Source: Candidatus Nitrospinota bacterium M3_3B_026 (GTDB taxonomy: Bacteria > Nitrospinota_A > UBA7883 > JBPRGF01). From it: a DNA stretch of 64,000 nt. Where the stretch lies: NCBI GenBank assembly GCA_051418015.1, contig JBPRGF010000014.1, positions 1 through 64,000 of the forward strand, written 5' to 3'. Shown piece after piece: positions 1 through 7,687 of the stretch. The stretch's first letter is position 1. Every line of letters starts with the position of its first letter. The notes beneath the pieces were generated by a model that had not been told where the DNA came from, did no database searches, and saw only the letters and a list, made by a program, of their open reading frames with translations. Both the position numbers and the translations under genes were made by a program.

Positions 1-1
1 C

Positions 2-544
2 CTGCGCGCGCTGGGCCTCCGAATAGGCGCTCGACAGCTGATCGCCCAGCAGCACCAGCACGATGGAAGGCGGGATGATCTGACCCAGAGTGCCGGCCGC
101 TGCGATCGACCCGGAAGCGAGCGCCGGATCGTAGCCGCGCCGCAGCATGGTCGGCAGCGAGAGCAGGCCCATCGTCACGACGGTGGCCCCCACGATTCCG
201 GTCGAGGCGGCGAGCAGGGCGCCCACCACGACCACGGAGATGCCCAGCCCGCCCCTCAGCGAGCCGAACAGCGCGCCCATCGCCTCGAGCAATTCCTCGG
301 CGACGCGCGATTTTTCCAGCATCACGCCCATGAAGACGAAAAGCGGCACGGCAAGCAGCGTGAAGTTGGTCATGATTCCCCACAGGCGCAGGGGGAGCAG
401 GTTGAAAAACTCCACCCCCAGGCCGATATACCCGAAGATCAACGCGACTCCGCCAAGGGTGAAAGCCACGGGATAGCCAAGGAGAAGCGCCGCGAAAAGC
501 GCCGCCACCATCCAGACGGCCAGGTAGTCCGCGAAGATGTCCAC
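2..544 (-). CDS. dctM: TRAP transporter large permease (DctM), truncated by the window edge
   Basis: Not in the ORF track. My translation from GTG at 544 reads [32 protein letters not shown]...[17 protein letters not shown]...[13 protein letters not shown], which are DctM signatures. The start overlaps the dctQ stop (TAGTG). Confidence 0.93.
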   Translation of the reverse strand, partial: MDIFADYLAVWMVAALFAALLLGYPVAFTLGGVALIFGYIGLGVEFFNLLPLRLWGIMTNFTLLAVPLFVFMGVMLEKSRVAEELLEAMGALFGSLRGGLGISVVVVGALLAASTGIVGATVVTMGLLSLPTMLRRGYDPALASGSIAAAGTLGQIIPPSIVLVLLGDQLSSAYSEAQRAQ

Positions 545-1071
545 TACTCCTCCGCTCCCTTCTCGCGCGGCCCGAGGATCAGCAGGAAGGACCGCAGAGC
601 CTCGGCGGCCCCCTGCAAAAGCAAAAGCGAAAAACCCGCCGGGATGGCGGCTTTCAGGACATACCGGGCCGGCAGCCCCCCCGGGTCCGGCGAACCCTCG
701 CCAAGCTCCCAGGAGCTTGCCACGAACCCCGCGGAGACGTATACGACGAGAGCGCAGAACGGCATCAAGAGAAAGAGCGACCCGGCAAGGTTCATCACCG
801 CCTTCCCCCGGACGCCGAGGCGGGCGTAGACCACGTCCACACGCACGTGCTCGTCCTTTTTCAGCGTATACCCGGCGGCGAGCAGGAAAAGCGCCGAGAA
901 GATGTGCCACTCAAGCTCCTGCAGCGCCACGGAGCCGGAATGGAAGATATAACGCGCGAAAACGTCCCACGCCGTCACGGCGCAAAGCGCCAGCGCAAGC
1001 CACGCCACGGCCCGGCCAACAAGCTCGTTCACGCCGCCGAGCAGATCGGTGATTCTCCAGAGAGTTTTCAT
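544..1071 (-). CDS. dctQ: TRAP transporter small permease (DctQ)
   Basis: Four TM segments, ELEWH and HVRVD motifs, directly upstream of dctM. Confidence 0.93.
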   Translation of the reverse strand: MKTLWRITDLLGGVNELVGRAVAWLALALCAVTAWDVFARYIFHSGSVALQELEWHIFSALFLLAAGYTLKKDEHVRVDVVYARLGVRGKAVMNLAGSLFLLMPFCALVVYVSAGFVASSWELGEGSPDPGGLPARYVLKAAIPAGFSLLLLQGAAEALRSFLLILGPREKGAEE

Positions 1072-1305
1072 GACGCCGGAAAAACACAGAAGAGTCAGAT
1101 ATAAAGAAAACAGTTAACTTTATCCAAGACGAACAGAGAAGACAATAGGCCCGCCCGCCGTCACCGATGGCGCCAGCAAGCGTCGTCCCGCGGCGCGGAG
1201 GGCCTCACCCTCCCTTGAGGCGGCGGGCATGGGAAAAAGTTGAAGCAGCCGGGCGAGGTTATGTTATTGTTAGACAATGTCCAATCACCCCTGGCGGGCC
1301 GCGGT

Positions 1306-2610
1306 ATGAGCGAAAAAGAGGGAAAACCAGACATCCCGGAGCTTGAGGACAGGCTTGCGCAGGCCCTCAAGGAAAAGGAGGTTTTCGCCAAAGCGCTGGT
1401 GGAGTTCAACCAGTCCTTCGACCAGAAAGTCCGGGAGTTGTCCATCATCCGCAGGATAAGCGACGAGCTGCTGGCGTCTTTCGACCTGGAGTCGATACTC
1501 CGCGGCGTCCTCAACGTCATTTCCGAGGAGGTCACTCTAATCAACTGCTCCATAATGCTGCTGGACAACTCCGGGGAGAACCTTGTTCTGCGGGCGGCCA
1601 GGGGGGTGGAGGACGAGGGCGCCGTGGTTTTCGACGAGGCTTCGTCGCCGAGGCGGATAAGGGTCGGCTCCGGCGTGGCGGGAACGGTCGTCAAGGTCTG
1701 CGCCCCCGCGCTTTTGCAGGACGTGACCAATGACGCCAGGTTCGCCGTCTTTCCCGGTTCGGTGGAGATAGGCTCGCTTCTGTGCCTTCCCCTGATAACC
1801 AAGGGCCGCGCCCTTGGCGTCCTGAACTTAAGCGACATAAAACCGCTGGCCTTCACCCCGGAGGATGAGCGGGTCCTGGTCATAGTGGCGGGGCAACTGG
1901 CCGGGGCCATCGAGAACGCGAGGCTCATAGACCGCCTGCTGGAAAACGAGAAGCTGACCGCCCTCGGCAAGATGGCCGCCACGATGATCCACGACATGAA
2001 AAACCCGATGCAGGTGATAAGCGGATACGCCGAGATGCTGGCCGGAGGCAAGCTCGAGCCGGAGGAGCGCAGGCGTTTCTACGAGATCATAACCAGGCAG
2101 GTGGACAGGTTCGAGGCGCTGGCCGAGGAGACGCTGGAGTTCGTCAAGGGCGCCGAGTCGAAGCTTTTCCGCCAGCTGGTGAAACTGCGCGACTTCGCCG
2201 AGGACGTGGAAAGCGGCCTGAAGCCGGAGTTCGACCGGCTGGGGATAGAGATAGAATCGAGCGCGCCGGACCTCGGCGTGATGAATGTCGACAACGCCAG
2301 GATGATGAGGGTCATGTTCAACCTTGCCGCCAACGCCCGCGACGCCATGCCGTCCGGCGGGACGCTCCGCCTCACCTGCTCCCGGCGTGAGGACGGCGCG
2401 GTGATCGAGGTGGAGGACACCGGGGAGGGGATCCCGAAGGAGGTCCGGGCGCGCCTTTTCGAGCCGTTTATCACCTTCGGCAAGGACAACGGGACGGGCC
2501 TGGGGCTTGCCATCGTGAAAAAGATCGTGGAGGGCCACGGGGGGACGATCCGCGTGGAGGACGGACGGGATGGGGGAGCGCGGTTCATCATGGAGATGCC
2601 GGACAAGTAG
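1306..2610 (+). CDS. GAF-domain sensor histidine kinase
   Basis: GAF region (SLLCLPL...GVLNL), H-box IHDMKNP, N-box NARDA, DTGEG and GTGLGL. Start set at ATG 1306. Confidence 0.9.
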   Translation: MSEKEGKPDIPELEDRLAQALKEKEVFAKALVEFNQSFDQKVRELSIIRRISDELLASFDLESILRGVLNVISEEVTLINCSIMLLDNSGENLVLRAARGVEDEGAVVFDEASSPRRIRVGSGVAGTVVKVCAPALLQDVTNDARFAVFPGSVEIGSLLCLPLITKGRALGVLNLSDIKPLAFTPEDERVLVIVAGQLAGAIENARLIDRLLENEKLTALGKMAATMIHDMKNPMQVISGYAEMLAGGKLEPEERRRFYEIITRQVDRFEALAEETLEFVKGAESKLFRQLVKLRDFAEDVESGLKPEFDRLGIEIESSAPDLGVMNVDNARMMRVMFNLAANARDAMPSGGTLRLTCSRREDGAVIEVEDTGEGIPKEVRARLFEPFITFGKDNGTGLGLAIVKKIVEGHGGTIRVEDGRDGGARFIMEMPDK

Positions 2611-2649
2611 AAACCGGCCCGTCCCCTCGCGGCCCCGCGCGCGCGGGCG

Positions 2650-3309
2650 TTACATCATGCCGCCGTGCCCGCCATGGGACCCGCCGTGTCCCCTGCCTCC
2701 TTCCTGCCAGAGGTCGCAGACGCCGTCGCCGTCATCGTCGACAAAGCCCGGGCCGTGCCATATCCCGGCCGTGCCGTTCTGGGCCCGGTCGCATATCCCG
2801 TCCCCGTCGTTATCGATGAACCCGTGCCCCGTGGCGCTGTGCCACTGGGCCTCGAAGTAGTCGTTGACCATGTTCCGGTTCTGGTCCCTGAACATCATGC
2901 CGCCGCCCTGGTTGTAATGGCCGGTCCCTTCCTCCCAGTAGTCGCATATCCCGTTCGCGTTCTCATCCTCGAAGCCGGGGCCGTGCCAGGTGTTGGAGCC
3001 GTTCTGGGCGTAATCGCATATCCCGTCGCCGCCGGAGTCGGTGAACATGTGGCCGGATGCCGCCGGGCCGGATGCCCTCGCGGATGAGCCGGGGTCGTGG
3101 GTTCCGGCTTCGAAGTAGTCATTGACCTGGTTGGCGTTTCCGTCGATGAACATGGGGTAGACCGCCTCCTGCTCCGCGCCGTTCTCCCCGGAGTCCGCCG
3201 GGGCTGTGTTGTCCGAGGAGCCGCAGGCGCCGATGGCCCATGCGGAGAAGGCAAGAGCCAGCCCCAGGGCCGCCAGTGTCCGCGTCTTCTTTTCAATCAA
3301 CGTCTTCAT
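2650..3309 (-). CDS. Putative lipoprotein with duplicated Dx[DN]xDG-loop/Cys repeats and a His/Gly/Met-rich tail
   Basis: AGGAG RBS before ATG 3309; lipobox-like IGAC; repeated GFxDxxxDG[IV]CD; C-terminus GHGGSHGGHGGMM. Confidence 0.8.
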   Translation of the reverse strand: MKTLIEKKTRTLAALGLALAFSAWAIGACGSSDNTAPADSGENGAEQEAVYPMFIDGNANQVNDYFEAGTHDPGSSARASGPAASGHMFTDSGGDGICDYAQNGSNTWHGPGFEDENANGICDYWEEGTGHYNQGGGMMFRDQNRNMVNDYFEAQWHSATGHGFIDNDGDGICDRAQNGTAGIWHGPGFVDDDGDGVCDLWQEGGRGHGGSHGGHGGMM

Positions 3310-3382
3310 GATGTATCTCCTGTGAAAAACCCAGCCGGCCGGCCGCCGGGGACGCGCCGGTTTTAAAACGCTCTCATACCAA

Positions 3383-3409
3383 AGACGACGGGAGCGGGAA
3401 TTGGATTCC
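3383..3409 (-). promoter_or_regulatory. Candidate ECF-sigma promoter
   Basis: Minus strand GGAATC-N16-CGTCT upstream of the repeat lipoprotein; resembles the GGAAC/CGTC ECF consensus. Confidence 0.45.
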
Positions 3410-3454
3410 ACCGGAAGGGCAAAAGTTTTCCTTCCCGCCCGGCGCGGGAGGGGG

Positions 3455-4750
3455 CTAATACATGATCGGGGTGAGGGTGTTCCACGCGCCGCACGTCCGG
3501 CAGCGGCCGGCGTACTCCGGGCTCAAGGCGCCGCAAGCCGAGCAGGTGAAGTGGAAAAAGGTCGCCAGCTCGCACCGGTACGCCTCCTCCAGGGAGTCGA
3601 GCGCGAGGTCTATATTGTTCTCGCCGCGCCTGGCCTTGCCCTCCACGAGGTGAAACAGTGTCATGCCGGAGAGGCGGCCGTCGAGGGAGTCGATCTCCCT
3701 GCGGGCGGCGGCGTAGTCGGCCTTGCGCAGATGGGCCTCGGCCAGAAACAGGCGGATCACGTCCTCCCCCGGCAGGACGCCCCGCGCCCACTTGAGCTCC
3801 GCTATCGCCTTGTCGATGTCGCCCGCCGAGGTCAGCAGCGACACAAGCGCCATCAGTATGACGATGGAGCCGGTGACCCTGAAACCCTTTTCCAGTATCT
3901 TGACAGCGTCCTTTCGCCGGCCCTGCCGCTCGTCCATCTCCGCGAGCTTCAGGTACGCCGGGACGAACTGGTCGTCGCCCCGCAGGACCGCCTTGAATCC
4001 GCTCTCCGCCTCGGAAAGCCTGCCCCCGGCCAGATCGCTCAGGGCGTTCTCATAGGTCAGCGCCGCCAGCATCCTTCGCTCCTCGTCGGCCCTGTCCCAC
4101 GGCGCGAGGGAGACGATCTCCCGCTGCGTCGCCAGCGCGCCCGGAAAGTGGCGCGTCCTCAGGTATATGTCGCGGATCCTGACAAGCGGCGGCAGCGACC
4201 GGCCCGCCAGCGTCCTCGTCTTCTCGAGGACAGAGACAGCGTTGGCGAACTGCTCCGCGGCGGCGTAGTCCTCCGCCAGTTCGAACATGACGGAGAGGTT
4301 GTCCTCGTCGAGCCCCCTGGCCTTCGAGTGCAGCTTTATGGCCTCCGAGACGGCGCCGTCCTCCCTTCTCATCCTGCCGAGGGCGGCGAGGGAGGGGACG
4401 TGATCGGGGTCGTGAGCGAGGGCTTTTTTGAAAAGCTTCTCCGCCGCGCGGCGGCGCTGCATCATCAGCCTTTCCGCGCCGGCCTCATAGAGGCTCTTCA
4501 CTCTCTGCGCCCTCTTGGTGGAAGCTGATTTCTTGAGGCCCGACAGCGAGTCGGCCAAGGCGTCGTAAAAGTAAAGCGCCATGACCGCCAGCACACCCAG
4601 GGAAAAAGCGCCCATGATGATGACCGCCAGGGGGAGCCCAAGCTCGAGGCCGGGGTACAGCGTGACCGGCAGGAGGGCGGTGTTCAACACCGTTATATAC
4701 AAGAGCCCGGCGAGCAGAGCCCCCAGCAGGACGATGAGACGGAGAGGCAT
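3455..4750 (-). CDS. lapB: LPS assembly protein LapB-like with an N-terminal LapA-like membrane domain
   Basis: Two N-terminal TM helices, TPR helices, and a C-terminal rubredoxin-like CSACG...CRTCGAWNT. Confidence 0.8.
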   Translation of the reverse strand: MPLRLIVLLGALLAGLLYITVLNTALLPVTLYPGLELGLPLAVIIMGAFSLGVLAVMALYFYDALADSLSGLKKSASTKRAQRVKSLYEAGAERLMMQRRRAAEKLFKKALAHDPDHVPSLAALGRMRREDGAVSEAIKLHSKARGLDEDNLSVMFELAEDYAAAEQFANAVSVLEKTRTLAGRSLPPLVRIRDIYLRTRHFPGALATQREIVSLAPWDRADEERRMLAALTYENALSDLAGGRLSEAESGFKAVLRGDDQFVPAYLKLAEMDERQGRRKDAVKILEKGFRVTGSIVILMALVSLLTSAGDIDKAIAELKWARGVLPGEDVIRLFLAEAHLRKADYAAARREIDSLDGRLSGMTLFHLVEGKARRGENNIDLALDSLEEAYRCELATFFHFTCSACGALSPEYAGRCRTCGAWNTLTPIMY

Positions 4751-4777
4751 CTTTCAGGCCGCCCCCTTTTCAGGTTT

Positions 4778-5131
4778 TCAGGATTCCTCTTTCTCCACGC
4801 GTTCCTTGCACTTCACGCAATACCGGGCGTAGGGGACAAGCTCCAGCCGTTTCACGGGTATGTTCTCCCCGCACTCCTGACATACCCCGTACTCCCCTTC
4901 GTCGATCCTCTCCAGGGCCTCCTGGATGAGCTTCAGCATCTCGTGGTTGCTGTCGCCTATGCTCAGCATTATCCTGCGGTTCATGGTGCGGGCGGCCTCG
5001 TCTATCACCTCCGGCAACTCCGAGCCGAACTCCTCGCCGCTGCTTTCCACCACCCGCTCGTAGTCCCCGCTGATCTTCTCGCGCAGGGCGAGCAGGATTC
5101 GCCGGAAATACTCGAGTTTCTTTTTATCCAT
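4778..5131 (-). CDS. dksA: DksA/TraR family C4 zinc-finger protein
   Basis: ALERIDEGEYGVCQECGENI..KRLELVPYARYCVKC. Confidence 0.85.
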   Translation of the reverse strand: MDKKKLEYFRRILLALREKISGDYERVVESSGEEFGSELPEVIDEAARTMNRRIMLSIGDSNHEMLKLIQEALERIDEGEYGVCQECGENIPVKRLELVPYARYCVKCKERVEKEES

Positions 5132-5179
5132 TCAAAAAACCCCCTCCATCATGTCGCGTCTTTTGCCGGGGAATATCAG

Positions 5180-5542
5180 TTAAGCATGATGGGCGCCCTC
5201 CATTTCGAACGGCGCCGCGTCGCCCCACAGCCTCTCCAGTTGATAATAATCCCTCGCCTCCTCCTGGAAGACGCTCACTATGACGTCCCCCGCGTCTATC
5301 AGGGTCCACCTTGCCGTCTCGTAGCCCTCGATGTGGTAGCCTTTCTCTCCGGCGCTCCTCAATGCCTCCTCGACGGCGTCCACTATGGTCTGGGCGTGGC
5401 GCCTCGATGTGGCGCTCGCTATGATGTAGACGTCGGCCACGTCGGACAAGCCGCGCACGTCCAGAGCCACGACGTCCAGGGCCTTTTTCGCCAGGGCGGA
5501 ATTATAACACAGCGCCGTTTTCTCTCTTAAAGCGAGGCTCAT
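5180..5542 (-). CDS. rsfS: Ribosome silencing factor
   Basis: KKALDVVALDV, WTLIDAGDVIV, YYQLERLWGDA; follows nadD. Confidence 0.95.
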   Translation of the reverse strand: MSLALREKTALCYNSALAKKALDVVALDVRGLSDVADVYIIASATSRRHAQTIVDAVEEALRSAGEKGYHIEGYETARWTLIDAGDVIVSVFQEEARDYYQLERLWGDAAPFEMEGAHHA

Positions 5543-5566
5543 AAAGAATCGCCGAAAAATTTCACT

Positions 5567-6247
5567 TCACTTATTATCGGAGAATAAGCCGCGCTCGTGA
5601 AGATACTTTTCCACGCTGTCTGGCACAAGGTACTTGACAGGCTCCCCAGCCCGCAGCCTTCTTCTTATCTCCGTGGAGGATATGTCCAGAGATGTCACCC
5701 TCACGAGCTTTATCGTCGTGTCGGCGCCCTCGACGCGCAATGTCTCCACGGATCCGTCCTCGGCCCTGCCGATGACGTTGAGTTTTATGTTTTTGTAGCG
5801 TACCGACAGGACGCTTTGCATCACGTCCTCCAGGGCGGCGGGGTCGTAGCCTGGCCTGGTGGCGACGATGAAGTTGCAGGTCTTGAGCAGCGCCGCGGCG
5901 GACTTCCACGAGCCGATGTCCTCCATGGCGTCCTGCCCCGTGATGAAATGGACGTCGTGGCCGAAGCGCTCCTGAAAGCGGCGCATGGTGTCGATGGTGT
6001 AACTCGGGCCGGGCCGCTCCATCTCCATCCTGCTGGGGTAGAACGCGCTGTTGTCCGCCGCGGCCAGCTCCACCATCCGGTACCTGTCCTCGAAGTCCGC
6101 CAGGGTTTCGTCCTCCTTGTGGGGCGGCTTGGCGGAGACGACGAAGTAGACCCTGTCGAGGCCCGTTTTGTGCATGACCTCCTGGGCGGTATTCAGGTGC
6201 GCCAGGTGTATGGGGTTGAAGGCGCCGCCGAGGACTCCTATCCTCAT
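5567..6247 (-). CDS. nadD: Nicotinate-nucleotide adenylyltransferase
   Basis: GGAFNPIHLAH, SYTIDT, ISSTEIR. Confidence 0.95.
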   Translation of the reverse strand: MRIGVLGGAFNPIHLAHLNTAQEVMHKTGLDRVYFVVSAKPPHKEDETLADFEDRYRMVELAAADNSAFYPSRMEMERPGPSYTIDTMRRFQERFGHDVHFITGQDAMEDIGSWKSAAALLKTCNFIVATRPGYDPAALEDVMQSVLSVRYKNIKLNVIGRAEDGSVETLRVEGADTTIKLVRVTSLDISSTEIRRRLRAGEPVKYLVPDSVEKYLHERGLFSDNK

Positions 6248-7494
6248 TCCCTGACCTGGCCCGAGCCGTAGACGATGAACTTGAGCGACGTCAGCTCCGT
6301 GATCCCCATGGGGCCGCGGGCGTGCAGCTTCTGGGTCGATATGCCAACCTCCGCCCCCAGGCCGAACTGGCCGCCGTCGCTGAACCGCGTGGAGGCGTTG
6401 ACCATCACCGTGGAGGAGTCCACCCTCGCCAGGAAGTCCTGGGCGGCCTGGTAGTCGCTTGTGACTATGCTTTCGGTGTGGCCGGAGCCGTGGTTCGCTA
6501 TGTGCTCCACCGCCTCGTCGAGGCTTCCCACCACCTTCACCGCCAGAACCAGGTCCAGGTATTCCTCGTCCCAGTCCGCCTCCACGGCCGCCTTCACGCC
6601 GGGGGCGATGGCTCGTGTCTTATCGCAGCCGCGTATCTCCACGTTGGCCTCCTCGAAGCGTTTTATCATCCCCGGCAAAAACTTTCCGGCTATGCCCCCG
6701 TGGACGAGCATCGTCTCCATGGCGTTGCACACTCCGGGGCGCTGGACCTTGGCGTTGTGGCAGATGTTCTGCGCCATGGCGATCTCCGCGCTTTCATCGA
6801 CGTAGACGTGGCAGACGCCCTTGTCGTGCTTTATCACGGGGATGGTCGAGTTCTCCGTGACGAACCGGATGAGGCCGTAGCCGCCGCGGGGGATGATTAT
6901 GTCTATGTGCTTGTCCATCTTTAAAAGCTCGGTGACGGCGGCCCTGTCGGTCATGGGCACGAGCTGGACGGCGTCCTCCGGTATTCCGGCCTCGGCGGCG
7001 GCGGCGGAGAGGATGGAGGCGATGGCCCGGTTGGAGTTTATCGCCTCCGATCCGCCGCGCAGGACTACGGCGTTGCCTGATTTCAGGCAGAGAGCCGCCG
7101 CGTCGGCGGTGACGTTGGGGCGGGACTCGTATATCATCCCCACCACGCCCAGGGGGACGCGCATCCTGCCGACGGAGATGCCGTTGGGCCGCTTTTTCAT
7201 CTCCACGACCTCCCCCACGGGGTCGGGCAGGGCGGCGATGTCCCGCAGCCCGTCGGCCATGGAGCGGACCCTCTTCTCGTCCAGCTTGAGCCTGTCGAGC
7301 ATGGCGGATGAGAGGCTTTCCCGCCTTCCGGCCTCTAGATCGGCGGCGTTGGCTTCGAAGATTTTCCGTCCCTCGCGCTCCAGCGCGGCGGCCATCGAAA
7401 GCAGGGCGCCGTCCTTCACTCCGGAACCCAGCGTGGCCAGCCTCCGGGAGGCGGCGCGGGCTTTTTTTGCGATCTGTTCTATCTGTTCTTTCAT
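6244..7494 (-). CDS. proA: Gamma-glutamyl phosphate reductase
   Basis: IYESRPNVT, CNAMET, NASTRFSDG, STQKLHARGP. Start set at MKEQIEQ. Confidence 0.97.
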   Translation of the reverse strand: MKEQIEQIAKKARAASRRLATLGSGVKDGALLSMAAALEREGRKIFEANAADLEAGRRESLSSAMLDRLKLDEKRVRSMADGLRDIAALPDPVGEVVEMKKRPNGISVGRMRVPLGVVGMIYESRPNVTADAAALCLKSGNAVVLRGGSEAINSNRAIASILSAAAAEAGIPEDAVQLVPMTDRAAVTELLKMDKHIDIIIPRGGYGLIRFVTENSTIPVIKHDKGVCHVYVDESAEIAMAQNICHNAKVQRPGVCNAMETMLVHGGIAGKFLPGMIKRFEEANVEIRGCDKTRAIAPGVKAAVEADWDEEYLDLVLAVKVVGSLDEAVEHIANHGSGHTESIVTSDYQAAQDFLARVDSSTVMVNASTRFSDGGQFGLGAEVGISTQKLHARGPMGITELTSLKFIVYGSGQVRE

Positions 7495-7687
7495 GGCTTC
7501 CCGGTTCCGCGGTTCATATGACAGTTCGGCGCATCGGCCTTTCGCGGTAAGTCTATCAAATCTCAGGGCGTCAAGCGAAGTGATGTCATGCTGGGTCGGC
7601 GGAGAAGCGTCCCGCCTCGAACGGGACAAAGGGATTTTTCGCCTGCCGGCTCAGAATGACTACACGTCGGCAGCGCGGGCCGGAGAG

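Noticed and set aside
1..400. Slightly different codon flavour in the dctM segment at the window edge (possible chimeric assembly)
   Set aside because: The frame is continuous and the stretch is too short to judge; read mapping would be needed.
4778..5131. DksA tip motif reads EVIDEA rather than DxxDxA
   Set aside because: A conservative change within the normal range of DksA/TraR-like proteins.
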